Positions 37,099 through 46,699 of a stretch of DNA of 64,000 bases are shown in pieces. Positions within the stretch are counted from its first letter, which is position 1. Each line of letters starts with the position of its first letter. Under the pieces are notes generated by a model, which made no database searches, was not told the origin of the DNA, and saw nothing but the letters and a program-made list of their open reading frames with translations. The translations under genes were made by a program, and so were the position numbers. Origin of the DNA: an uncultured Candidatus Saccharibacteria bacterium (GTDB lineage: Bacteria > Patescibacteriota > Doudnabacteria > UBA920 > O2-02-FULL-48-8); NCBI GenBank assembly GCA_964605735.1, contig CAZSDS010000001.1:703157-767156 (forward strand), written 5' to 3'.

Positions 37099-37125
37099 TT
37101 GACAGTGGGTGAACGATCGTTTACC
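37099..37125 (+). promoter_or_regulatory. Promoter of the lexA operon with putative LexA operator
   Basis: TTGACA followed by the GGTGAAC-GATC-GTTTACC palindrome in the spacer/-10 region. Confidence 0.65.
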
Positions 37126-37248
37126 ATACAGTCATGGAAGCTAACAACGAAGGAATTGGTAATATCCTTGCCGCCTGGATACTACTGGTTCCTTCGAAAC
37201 TTCCAGTAGAAGTAAGGTTCTCGTTGGAGGCCTGAAGGAATAAGAATT

Positions 37249-37569
37249 ATGGAAATCAATTATCGAGGCACAGTAGTAAAAGAAAGCTTGAAAGACCCTA
37301 CAATTTTGAAAGGCATGATGGTTATGGGGCATAAAATTGTGGGATCACCGGGAGATTCCTGGGACTTGGTTTCCGTAAGCGCATCTTTGGCTGAAGTAGC
37401 AAAACTTAAGTATTACATAAATGACGGACCATGGTATGCGCATTTCTGGAATGATGAAGAATTGATAGTAGTATTTAAGGATAAGGTTTTCACTAACGTG
37501 AACGAAGCAGTAGAGTATGGCAGGTCAATCGGAATTCCTTTAGAGCAATTAGATTTTATTAAAGAGTAA
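37249..37569 (+). CDS. Hypothetical protein
   Basis: ESL, WYAHFW, VVFKDKVF, YGRSIGIP.EQLDF pattern, 1 bp upstream of lexA. Confidence 0.7.
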   Translation: MEINYRGTVVKESLKDPTILKGMMVMGHKIVGSPGDSWDLVSVSASLAEVAKLKYYINDGPWYAHFWNDEELIVVFKDKVFTNVNEAVEYGRSIGIPLEQLDFIKE

Positions 37570-37570
37570 A

Positions 37571-38185
37571 ATGCAAGAACTTACACCCAAACAACAAAAA
37601 CTTCTGGAGTATTTGACAGAGGAAATTAGAAACACCGGCTTGCCTCCAACAATCTCGGAGATGGCAAAGAGTTTGAAGGTTAAATCAAAGAATGCAGTTG
37701 CCAAGCTATTGAATGCGCTGGAAGAAAAGGGGTACGTCAGAAAGTCCGGTAAGGCTAGGGGGATTGAAGTTCTGGATCAAGAGGGCGAGGCTGTCAGTAA
37801 AGGTATGTTAAATATTCCTGTCCTGGGACGAATTACAGCCGGATTGCCCATGCTGGCAGAAGAGCAGATTGAAGATTGGCTGAGTTTGCCTACCAGTTTG
37901 ATTAGAGGAAGAAAAGATGTTTTTCTGCTTAAGGTTCAGGGGATGAGTATGAAGGATGCGGGTATTCTCAACGGAGACCTGGTTTTGGTTAAACAGCAAA
38001 AAATCGCGGAAGTGAATGACATAGTTGTCGCGCTCCTGGACGATGAAGCTACTGTAAAAAGATTAGTGAAGCAAAGCAACAAATATTTCTTAAAAGCAGA
38101 AAATAAAGACTACCCAAATATTTACCCTGAACACGAGTGGTCGATTCAGGGAAAGGTGGTCGGTGTGATAAGGAGACTTGAATAA
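37571..38185 (+). CDS. lexA: SOS repressor LexA
   Basis: LTPKQ..PPT..E, Ala-Gly cleavage site (ITAGLP), GMSMKDAGI, EATVKR. Confidence 0.95.
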   Translation: MQELTPKQQKLLEYLTEEIRNTGLPPTISEMAKSLKVKSKNAVAKLLNALEEKGYVRKSGKARGIEVLDQEGEAVSKGMLNIPVLGRITAGLPMLAEEQIEDWLSLPTSLIRGRKDVFLLKVQGMSMKDAGILNGDLVLVKQQKIAEVNDIVVALLDDEATVKRLVKQSNKYFLKAENKDYPNIYPEHEWSIQGKVVGVIRRLE

Positions 38186-38373
38186 TGAGCGAATTTGAAA
38201 AAAGAAAGGCTAGCATTACAAACCAAATAAAAGGTTTGTGTGCTCATTGCTCATCCGGGGTGCCGCATAACTGCCGCGTGCAATCAATTGCTGAAGATGT
38301 GGCGAAACTTAGTGGGGTGCCGTTGATTGTAAATGACAGCTTTAGAGGTTTATTGCTAGCCGAGAGAGTATAA
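38185..38373 (+). CDS. Small Cys/His-rich hypothetical protein
   Basis: TAATG coupling to lexA, CAHC..HNC motif. Confidence 0.6.
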   Translation: MSEFEKRKASITNQIKGLCAHCSSGVPHNCRVQSIAEDVAKLSGVPLIVNDSFRGLLLAERV

Positions 38374-38490
38374 AGGTCCGTGAATCTAAACAACAGGTTC
38401 CCGGGCTTTTTTATTTTGTTATGACCACTAGCGCTCGCGGTCTCTCTGTGAAAAGGGCAGCACAGTCGTTTTTAGGTGGAGAGTCACTAA

Positions 38491-38621
38491 TGAAGCATTT
38501 TGCTGATGGCGGGGATTCGGCGCAGGCACATCAGTGCCGAGCCTGAAGCAGCGAACCACACTAAAGGAATGTTAACTATAGAAGTTCGACTGCGTACCCC
38601 GACAGCAGGAAAATGCGCAGG
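38491..38621 (+). repeat. Rod-shaped intergenic repeat, copy B
   Basis: Near-identical to copies A and C. Confidence 0.9.
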
Positions 38622-38710
38622 TAGTACATATCCACAGCCAGGGTCTTCACAAAGGTTTTTTCCATGTTATAGAATGCTTTCTTAAATAATTAATTTTAGG
38701 AAAGCAAAAT

Positions 38711-38941
38711 ATGACAGAACAAAAGCCAGAACCTTTGTTCACAACCAAGTTTAGTCAGGGAGGTCGTACGTTCTTTTTTGACGTTAAGAAAAGCAAGAAG
38801 GATAAGCCGTTTTTGAGGATCACCAGCTCAGCCAAGAAAGGTGAGGAAAAACAAAGGGCTTATCTGACTGTTTTTGACAATGAGGTTCAGGATTTTCATC
38901 AGGCTATTTCTGATGCCACCTCTTTTATAGTGAATACTTAA
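38711..38941 (+). CDS. DUF3276 / PUR-like nucleic-acid-binding protein
   Basis: GGRTFFFDVKKSK..PFLRIT.S. Confidence 0.75.
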   Translation: MTEQKPEPLFTTKFSQGGRTFFFDVKKSKKDKPFLRITSSAKKGEEKQRAYLTVFDNEVQDFHQAISDATSFIVNT

Positions 38942-38950
38942 AACGGTTTT

Positions 38951-40465
38951 ATGGCGAAAGTTTTCTCTGCTGCTCTGGTGGGGTTGTCTGCTGAAATCGT
39001 TGAGGTGGAAGCAGATATTTTACCGGGGTTGCCTGTGACTATAATAGTCGGGTTGCCGGATGCGGCAGTGCAGGAAGCGCGTGAGCGCGTCCGATCCGCC
39101 ATAAAGAATTCTAGCGCATTGTATCCGCGGAGCAGGGTGGCTGTTAACCTTGCTCCCGCGGATTTGCCAAAAAACGGGTCACATTATGATCTGCCTATTG
39201 CACTTTCAATCCTGTTGAACTCAGAAACCATTAAGTTTAATCCCGATGACACGGTTATTGTAGGTGAACTTGCTCTTGATGGCTCAGTTAGGTCAGTGGT
39301 TGGTGTGCTCCCTGTAATTTTAATGGCCAAAGAAAAAGGGTTTAAGAAAGTGATCGTCCCCGCGGCAAACAAAGATGAGGCTTCGCTTGTGGAAGGAATA
39401 GATGTTTATGCGGCTGACAGCTTGATTCAAGTGATTGGCTTTTTAGAAGGTTTGCTGAAACTTGAACCAGTCAGGGTGATTGATTGGGATAACGCATTAA
39501 AGAGCCCGGAAAACGTGCTGGATTTCAAGCTTATAAACGGGCAGGAAGCAGTAAAAAGAGCTTTGGAGATAGCAGCTGCCGGCGGGCACAATATTTTATT
39601 GCATGGTCCTCCAGGAACTGGCAAAACTTTGTTGGCCAAAGCTTTGCCCTCGATTTTGCCAAAACCAACCATAGAAGAGGTTTTGGAAATTACAAAAATT
39701 TACAGCATTGCGGGCTTGTTGAACAGCGGGCAAACCATAATCTCAGCGCGGCCTTTTAGGAGTCCTCACCATTCGGCTTCCACTTCATCGCTTGTTGGCG
39801 GTGGGGCATACCCAAGGCCTGGAGAAATTTCCCTGGCACACAGAGGAGTTTTGTTTTTGGACGAATTGCCGGAATTTTCCCGGGCTTCACTGGAGACGCT
39901 CAGACAGCCGCTTGAGGAAGGTGTGATTGCTATCTCGCGGGTCAACGGCACTGTAATTTTTCCCGCGCAATTCATCTTGGTGGCTTCCCAAAACCCTTGC
40001 CCGTGCGGGTATTACAACAGCAGCCGCCAGCAATGCACCTGCAGTTACACTCAGATAATGGGTTACCAGCGCCGCGTTTCCGGGCCATTACAGGATCGCA
40101 TTGATATATTTATGGAAGTCAGCAAAGTTGAATATGAAAAACTATCTACTGGCGAAGCAGGGGAGAGTTCACAGGATGTTCAGAAGCGCGTCCAGCAGGC
40201 GCGCAACAGACAACAGAAACGGTTTGCAGGAACTAGGTTGGTTACAAACTCTGAAATGGGGGTTAAGGAGATAAGAAAGTTTTGCTTGTTGGGGAACAGG
40301 GAGCGGGAATTTGCCAAACAGGCAGCAGTAAAGTTGAATCTTTCGGCGCGGGCTTATCATCGGATAGTTAAGCTCGCCAGAACCATTGCAGATTTGGCAG
40401 GACAGGAAGAAATTGCAGTCAAACACATTGCTGAAGCAGTCCAGTATCGGACCAAAATAGAATAA
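38951..40465 (+). CDS. comM: ComM/YifB Mg-chelatase-like AAA+ ATPase
   Basis: GLPDAAVQEARERV, GPPGTGKT, RPFRSPHH, FLDELPEF, NPCPCGY, LSARAYHR. Confidence 0.93.
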   Translation: MAKVFSAALVGLSAEIVEVEADILPGLPVTIIVGLPDAAVQEARERVRSAIKNSSALYPRSRVAVNLAPADLPKNGSHYDLPIALSILLNSETIKFNPDDTVIVGELALDGSVRSVVGVLPVILMAKEKGFKKVIVPAANKDEASLVEGIDVYAADSLIQVIGFLEGLLKLEPVRVIDWDNALKSPENVLDFKLINGQEAVKRALEIAAAGGHNILLHGPPGTGKTLLAKALPSILPKPTIEEVLEITKIYSIAGLLNSGQTIISARPFRSPHHSASTSSLVGGGAYPRPGEISLAHRGVLFLDELPEFSRASLETLRQPLEEGVIAISRVNGTVIFPAQFILVASQNPCPCGYYNSSRQQCTCSYTQIMGYQRRVSGPLQDRIDIFMEVSKVEYEKLSTGEAGESSQDVQKRVQQARNRQQKRFAGTRLVTNSEMGVKEIRKFCLLGNREREFAKQAAVKLNLSARAYHRIVKLARTIADLAGQEEIAVKHIAEAVQYRTKIE

Positions 40466-40551
40466 AATTTTAGTCAAATTGCCAATTGAGCAGTATTGTG
40501 GTTACAATGACAATTAGTGGATGAAATTAACCTAAGGAAAAGATTCAAGAC

Positions 40552-41448
40552 ATGGCAAAAAAAGTTAAGAAAGCTATTATTCCGGCCGCTGGTTACGGGA
40601 CAAGGTTCCTTCCGGCAACAAAGGCTCAACCAAAGGAAATGCTTCCGCTGGTAGATAAACCCATTATTCAGTACGTGGTAGAGGATGCAGTTTCAGCGGG
40701 CATTGAGGACATTATTATAGTCACTGGATGGCATAAGAAATCAATTGAAGATCACTTCGATTACCCGTTTGAGCTTGAAAAAAGATTGGAGGAAAGCGGG
40801 AAGTTTGAAGAACTTGAAAAAATCCGTCAAGTCGCAGATCTGGCGAATTTTTATTATGTCAGGCAAAAAGGGCCGCTCGGAAACCTAACTCCGATTTGGA
40901 ACGCCAAAGAGTTCATAGACGGGGAACCGTTTTTGGTGTTATGGGGTGACGATTTTATAGAAGCAAACCCGCCGCGCTGCCAACAGCTCATAGATGCATA
41001 TGAAAAATTTGGCGGGCATGCAATAGTCAGTAGTTTGAGAAAGGCCCAGCCTGAGGATTATGAAAGGTATGGATACGCAGCTGGAAAAGAAATAGAGAAA
41101 GGAGTCCTGAAGATTGACCGGATCCTCGAGAAGCCAGGACCAGGCAATATTGATTCCGATTATGCGGTTGTCTCAGGTTTTTTGTTTGAACCAACCTTTT
41201 TTGAAGCCGCAGAAGAGGTGTTTAAGCGGGCGCAAAAAGAAGGGATAACCAGAGAGCTTCACTATATTGATGCCATAAACGTTTTACTTGAAGAGGAGAA
41301 AGCCTGCTACGCGCTTGAGATCAAAGGCGGCAAATTTTACGACTGCGGGAATAAACTGGAGTACCTGAAAGCAGTGGTTGAATTCGGGTTAAAGCACGAA
41401 GACCTTCGCGAGGACTTTCTTGACTTTTTGAAGAGTATTAAGGCGTAA
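40552..41448 (+). CDS. galU: UTP-glucose-1-phosphate uridylyltransferase
   Basis: KAIIPAAGYGTRFLPATKAQPKEMLP, EKP, YDCGNK. Confidence 0.93.
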   Translation: MAKKVKKAIIPAAGYGTRFLPATKAQPKEMLPLVDKPIIQYVVEDAVSAGIEDIIIVTGWHKKSIEDHFDYPFELEKRLEESGKFEELEKIRQVADLANFYYVRQKGPLGNLTPIWNAKEFIDGEPFLVLWGDDFIEANPPRCQQLIDAYEKFGGHAIVSSLRKAQPEDYERYGYAAGKEIEKGVLKIDRILEKPGPGNIDSDYAVVSGFLFEPTFFEAAEEVFKRAQKEGITRELHYIDAINVLLEEEKACYALEIKGGKFYDCGNKLEYLKAVVEFGLKHEDLREDFLDFLKSIKA

Positions 41449-41551
41449 TAACGGAAGAAAACCGGCAGCTTTGGTTGTAACGCCGGTTTTTTTGTTGTAA
41501 AATAAACCCGTGCATAATACTTCCAAAATTACGAAACAAAAGTTATAAAAC

Positions 41552-42850
41552 ATGAGAAAATACTTACTAATCGGCGGAGCCATCTTCTTCTTTTTGCTTT
41601 TGATCATCGGAGCAATGTTTTTTTCAACCGGCAACCGCCAGAACAATAATGGGGAACAGGTGGAGCTGATCTGGTGGAAGACTTTCCAGGATCGATCTGA
41701 TATGGATAAGTTAATAGAGGAATATCAAAAAGTCCGGCCAAACGTAACCATCAAATATTTTAAGAAGAATATTCAGGATTATGAATCTGAACTGCTGAAT
41801 GCCATTGCTTCTGGAAATACTCCGGATATTTTTACCATCCACAATGACTGGTTGCCCAAGCACATAGACAAAATGGCGCCAATGCCTGAGAGCATGATGT
41901 CGGAACGCCAGTACAGGGAAGCGTTTGTGGATGTGGCTGCTGCAGATTTTATTAAAGACGCCAGGATATATGCCATGCCGCTGGCCGTGGATGTTCTTGC
42001 GTTATATTACAACAAGGATATTTTAGGGTCTGCCGGGATTTTTACTCCGCCTCAAACCTGGCCGGAGGTTGTTTCAGCGGTGCAAAAAATCACCCAGCAG
42101 GATACTTCCGGGAACTTTACCCGCTCAGCGATTGCCATGGGCAGTTCCGGAAACGTAAACAGATCTGCGGATTTGTTGCTTTTGTTGATGTTGCAAAACG
42201 GCACAACATTCTATAACGATAACCTCACTGCCGCCCGCTTTGACCAGCTGACCAGGATCAATGACCAAAGCTTCAATCCTGGTGCAACAGCTCTGGATTT
42301 TTATACCCAGTTTGCGAGGGCAAGCAAGCGGGCTTACACTTGGAACTCAAAAGCAGATAACAGCGTAGATGCATTCGCACAGGGTAAGCTCGCAATGATG
42401 CTGTCTTATTCATATATGATTCCGACTATAAAAGACAAAGCGCCTAATCTTAACTGGGGAGTGACTGGGGTGCCGCAGGTAGATAATTCTGGATTAAAGA
42501 TTAATTTTGCCAACTATTGGGGCGAGGGCGTCTCCAAGACTTCCACAAAACAGGAGTATGCTTGGGATTTCCTGCGTTTCATTACACAGCGGGATATCCT
42601 GGCGAAGTATTATGAGAAGGTGAAAGCACCTTCATCACGCAAGGATCTTCTTGAGTCCCAGACAAGCGACGTGGAGCTCGGGGTTTTTGCGGAAAACGCG
42701 ATTACGGCTAAAAGCGTGTACAAACCTGATGCTGCTCAGTTTGAAACAATTGTTTTGAAGATGATTGATGATGTGACTTTGCGTGGATCTGACCCGGAGT
42801 CTGCGGTTACAGACGCTGTTGCGCAGGTAAACTTGATATTAAGGGATTAA
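41552..42850 (+). CDS. Membrane-anchored extracellular solute-binding protein (family 1)
   Basis: N-terminal TM, PDIF, LALYYNKD, PPQTW.E, AWDFLRF. Confidence 0.85.
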   Translation: MRKYLLIGGAIFFFLLLIIGAMFFSTGNRQNNNGEQVELIWWKTFQDRSDMDKLIEEYQKVRPNVTIKYFKKNIQDYESELLNAIASGNTPDIFTIHNDWLPKHIDKMAPMPESMMSERQYREAFVDVAAADFIKDARIYAMPLAVDVLALYYNKDILGSAGIFTPPQTWPEVVSAVQKITQQDTSGNFTRSAIAMGSSGNVNRSADLLLLLMLQNGTTFYNDNLTAARFDQLTRINDQSFNPGATALDFYTQFARASKRAYTWNSKADNSVDAFAQGKLAMMLSYSYMIPTIKDKAPNLNWGVTGVPQVDNSGLKINFANYWGEGVSKTSTKQEYAWDFLRFITQRDILAKYYEKVKAPSSRKDLLESQTSDVELGVFAENAITAKSVYKPDAAQFETIVLKMIDDVTLRGSDPESAVTDAVAQVNLILRD

Positions 42851-42890
42851 CGGGCGTTTATGGTATAATAAAGTCACAAAAGACACCTAG

Positions 42891-43322
42891 ATGAAATCAA
42901 AAATCAACAAAATATTCTTTACTGCACTTGTTTTTCTGCTCTTTGCGCAACCAGTTTTTGCGCAAGGTTTTGTTTTTTGCGGAAAACGAAGTCAGGATGA
43001 TCCTAATACCCCAGTTGTGGAAGGGGCGTGTACGCTCAATGACCTTTGGACCTTGATTTTCTACGGTGCCAACTTTTTGATTGGAATGTCAGGTTTGGTT
43101 GCTTTGTTCTTTGTTGTCTGGGGTGGAGTAAGAATGATGCTTTCCTTTGGGAACCCGGAAGCAGTTAAGGAGGGGAAGTCCACTATTACCAATGCCTTAC
43201 TCGGTTTGGTGCTGGTGTTGCTTTCCTATTTGATAGTTGGATATGTTGCTGAATTGCTCTTGCCGGGCGGGGGAGTAGGCAACCCGCTTCAAAACCTTAT
43301 CCGATACGTAAGACCGAATTAG
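42891..43322 (+). CDS. CPR pilin-like protein (TrbC/VirB2-like)
   Basis: Signal peptide, Cys pair, GG..MM.S.GN....K.GK..I.NA..GL. Confidence 0.8.
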   Translation: MKSKINKIFFTALVFLLFAQPVFAQGFVFCGKRSQDDPNTPVVEGACTLNDLWTLIFYGANFLIGMSGLVALFFVVWGGVRMMLSFGNPEAVKEGKSTITNALLGLVLVLLSYLIVGYVAELLLPGGGVGNPLQNLIRYVRPN

Positions 43323-43325
43323 ACT

Positions 43326-43982
43326 ATGAAGAAGCTCTTAATAGCATTAATAATAATTTTGGCCATTGTCCCGTTCTTCGCTTTTGCGCAAGAAGCGTGT
43401 TCGCCGGGTTACACCGGCACTTCGCTCTGCAACGCGATCCCAAGATTCGGCGGCTTAAACATAAACGATTTACAGGGATTTATTATTGGGATATTTTCCT
43501 GGATTGCCGGAATCATTGGCACAATCCTTATGGCCGTTCTTATATACAGCGGGATAAAGATGGTGCTCTCACAGGGTGATCTAGGCAAAGTCAAAGAAGC
43601 CAAAGCGTCATTTACTTATGCCATCCTGGGTTTTTTGGTAACTATCTTTGGATACGTGATTGTTTCCTCGGTTCAGTATTTCATTGGCGTCAGGCAGGGT
43701 GATCCTGAGCAGGAAAGAAATTTCTTCTTTAACCCTTTGCGGGACAGCACATTGATCGGATTTCTTGAAACAACAATGACAAACGTTTTAGGAGTTGTCG
43801 GTGCCGTCGTTTTGTTTTATCTTGTGTGGAATGGATTCAAATATATATTGGCTGGATCAAATGAAGAGCAGACAAAAGCTGCCAAGTTGGCGATTACATG
43901 GTCCATCATTGGTTTGATCAGTATTTTAGCATCTTACACAATAGTAAAGGTTCTTATTGATACATTTGGAAAATATACATGA
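43326..43982 (+). CDS. CPR pilin-like protein with two pilin repeats
   Basis: Two G..Y/M...G.....K.AK.....I.G units. Confidence 0.8.
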   Translation: MKKLLIALIIILAIVPFFAFAQEACSPGYTGTSLCNAIPRFGGLNINDLQGFIIGIFSWIAGIIGTILMAVLIYSGIKMVLSQGDLGKVKEAKASFTYAILGFLVTIFGYVIVSSVQYFIGVRQGDPEQERNFFFNPLRDSTLIGFLETTMTNVLGVVGAVVLFYLVWNGFKYILAGSNEEQTKAAKLAITWSIIGLISILASYTIVKVLIDTFGKYT

Positions 43983-44320
43983 AGAAATATTTTCTACCGA
44001 TTTTCATAATACTCTCAAGTTTGGTGGCTGCACCGGCGCAGGCCGTGCTACGGGGGAATGCTCCCGGGGGTCTCTTTGTTAGTTTCACCAGCAATGATCC
44101 TTATAATGTGATCATGGCGGTAATTTCTTTGATACTTGGGTTTGCTGGGTCAGTTGCCATGTTGTTTTTAATCATTGGTGGATTTTATTATGTAACTGCT
44201 GGCATGAACGAGGATTTGGCAAAGCGCGGCAAATTGTATGTTAAAAATTCCATAATCGGCTTGATAATTATCGTATTATCGTATACCATTATATCTGTAA
44301 TATATAGGGAACTTGCGTAG
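43979..44320 (+). CDS. CPR pilin-like protein
   Basis: FLIIGGFYYVTAG.NE..AK.GK....NSIIGL. Confidence 0.8.
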   Translation: MKKYFLPIFIILSSLVAAPAQAVLRGNAPGGLFVSFTSNDPYNVIMAVISLILGFAGSVAMLFLIIGGFYYVTAGMNEDLAKRGKLYVKNSIIGLIIIVLSYTIISVIYRELA

Positions 44321-44374
44321 ACTTTTATAAATCCTATGAAAGGTCGAAATAAATATAAAAAGAAAGGAATAAAA

Positions 44375-44755
44375 ATGAAGAAAATAACAAAAATTGCTAA
44401 CATCTTAATGATCTGTTTGAGTTTGGTTTTGGTTGTGGCCCCATTTGTGGCTGGTGCTCAGTTCAACCTGCCTAACGCAGGCGGCACTGGTTTGACCGGC
44501 GGCATCACAAACGAAACCACTCTGACAGGTTTTATCTTGCGCGTTATCAACATCGCGTTGGCGTTGGCTGGTTTGATTGCTGTTTTGTTCCTGATCATCG
44601 GTGGTTTTAGATACATCACTGCTGGCGGAAACGAAGAAGCATCAGGTAGTGCCAAAAAAATTATTTTGAACGCGGTCATTGGTATTATTGTCATCATTCT
44701 GTCATTCGTAGTTGTCCGTGTTGTGGCCAATACTTTGACCTCCACTAACATCTAA
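44375..44755 (+). CDS. CPR pilin-like protein
   Basis: AGGA RBS before MKKITK, FLIIGGFRYITAGGNEE..AKK.I.NAVIG. Confidence 0.82.
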   Translation: MKKITKIANILMICLSLVLVVAPFVAGAQFNLPNAGGTGLTGGITNETTLTGFILRVINIALALAGLIAVLFLIIGGFRYITAGGNEEASGSAKKIILNAVIGIIVIILSFVVVRVVANTLTSTNI

Positions 44756-44759
44756 CAGT

Positions 44760-45143
44760 ATGAAGAAAAAGTTAAGCATATTGTTGGTAGTGGCGTTTGT
44801 CATTGTGGGGGTTTCCGCATTTTTTACCGCAGATGCTCAAGGGTTGACCGCGCCAAGTAATCCCGGTGGATTGTTGGATTTCTCTAGAGTCAAAGGCGGA
44901 TCAGGCGGTGTAGCAGGACTTATCATTGCAATTACAAACTTGGTTCTTGGGGTTGCCGGAGCAATTGCCATACTCTTTGTGATCATTGGTGGTTTCCAGT
45001 ACATTCTCAGCGGAGCCAATGAAGATTTGGCCAAGCGAGGCAAGGCTACACTAACGAATGCCATCATCGGTTTGATAATTATTGTATTGTCATTTACAGT
45101 AATTAGCGTTGTATATACTACACTTACAAATGTACAACCATAA
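44760..45143 (+). CDS. CPR pilin-like protein
   Basis: FVIIGGFQYILSGANE..AK.GK..L.NAIIGL. Confidence 0.82.
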   Translation: MKKKLSILLVVAFVIVGVSAFFTADAQGLTAPSNPGGLLDFSRVKGGSGGVAGLIIAITNLVLGVAGAIAILFVIIGGFQYILSGANEDLAKRGKATLTNAIIGLIIIVLSFTVISVVYTTLTNVQP

Positions 45144-45229
45144 ATAAAAAAGATAAGCCGACTCCCGTTAGGGGTCGGCTTTTGATTTGTCTCAGACGAG
45201 ACGCTTAGAGACAGTGTGCAGAATCTTGG

Positions 45230-46435
45230 TCAGTTTTGCGTCGTAGGAACGCAGTTACCGCTCGATTCGTTGAAGGTGCCGCGGAGCGTTCTGCTGCGCT
45301 TGGTGCTGTCCGCGGTGTAGAACCTTGATTCGTTCACCGGAATCTTGGGTGTCTCATCGTCGCCACGGTTGGCGACTTGATACACGGCCATGGATTTCGG
45401 CTTGACTCGTTCCGTAAAGCAGGCATCCTGCCCTTCCAGGGGAGTCACGAACGTAATCAAAGCGGGTGCATCTGAGTCAGCGGGAATTTTGCCGTCCCAG
45501 ATGTTGTTGACGTTGTTTGCCGTGTCCACGAAATTGCCGTTCATGTACACTCGAACCCTGCCCATGAACCGGTCAGGCCCTTGCGTGCGGAACGCGGCGA
45601 TGTAGTTCTCACCCATGAAATTGCGGATCTTGCGCGCCTGGTTGACTGAATAGAACCCATATGGGTTGTAACCATACTGGTATCCGTATGCCGCGCCGTA
45701 GTTCAGTCCGTAGCCATATTCAGCCGGGATAGTTTCCAGCGGCGTGCCGGGTTCAAGTCCGAGCGCCATGTTCCGAAAGTGCGTCATGTTAGTCATGTGC
45801 GCACGCGCCAGGGTCTGCGGCGATTCAAGTGCCGGATTTTTGTAGCGGATCGGCTGAACCAAACCCTGGTCCATTGCATCCAGAACAAAGTCGTTGACCA
45901 AGTCCTGGGGCATGACTTGCCGAGGTGCCGTTGGCGGTACACCGTACAAAGGCGGTGTGTAGGCAGGCGGCGTGGCCGGCGTGGCCGGCGTGGTTGGAGC
46001 AATGCTCTCTGCCCGACGCGTCACTTGCGGCGCGCTTGGTGCAGGGGAAATTGCGCCAGAGCGGTGGTGAAGTACCAGGGTGTTGCCCTGGAATTCGTGC
46101 GTGACGTTGTGCGGGCGCAGTGCCCTGAGCAACTTGTCCAGCACATTGCCGAGCGGTTCTTTGACAAATCCGCCCTTGAGCCTGGTTTCGTCCAAGACCC
46201 GTTCTTCTGTTCCGGCGCCCAGCACGTAACTGAATCCAGGTGCTTGCTGGGTGAGGCCGTCGAGGATTTCCCGCAGGCTCCTGTCCTGTCCGGCCGGCGG
46301 CGCATTCAGGCTCACAATCGAGTTGTACACGTTCCCGATGATCCTGGCCGGCTGCTGCGCCCCGGCGAACGCCGGTACGCTGAGCAAAACCAACAGGATC
46401 AGAAAAACGTTGTGCGCGGTTCTGATGCTCTTCAC
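45230..46435 (-). CDS. Secreted hypothetical protein, N-terminal STN-like domain possible
   Basis: GGAGGA RBS before GTG at 46435, signal peptide, SLREILD.L.QQ..F.Y..L..VLD.LL, Pro/Ala linker. Confidence 0.65.
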   Translation of the reverse strand: MKSIRTAHNVFLILLVLLSVPAFAGAQQPARIIGNVYNSIVSLNAPPAGQDRSLREILDGLTQQAPGFSYVLGAGTEERVLDETRLKGGFVKEPLGNVLDKLLRALRPHNVTHEFQGNTLVLHHRSGAISPAPSAPQVTRRAESIAPTTPATPATPPAYTPPLYGVPPTAPRQVMPQDLVNDFVLDAMDQGLVQPIRYKNPALESPQTLARAHMTNMTHFRNMALGLEPGTPLETIPAEYGYGLNYGAAYGYQYGYNPYGFYSVNQARKIRNFMGENYIAAFRTQGPDRFMGRVRVYMNGNFVDTANNVNNIWDGKIPADSDAPALITFVTPLEGQDACFTERVKPKSMAVYQVANRGDDETPKIPVNESRFYTADSTKRSRTLRGTFNESSGNCVPTTQN

Positions 46436-46699
46436 TGTCTTCCTCCTTGGAAGTGAAAATTGCTGATTGGACAATATCTGAAGTGGTGTAAATCGCGAAT
46501 TTATCGAGCAAGTCAAAATATGATTTTGACTTGCAATTATAGCAAAAAAAGAGCATTTTGTCAATGCTCTAGAAAGAACATCTAAAGACCTTTGCGCAGG
46601 CGATATTAACTACTCCAAAAGATTTTGAGAATGAATTAGACAATAAAAAAGAAGGGCCTAAAGATCAGGCCCCTCGATGTTCAAGTCCGCAAGTTGCGG

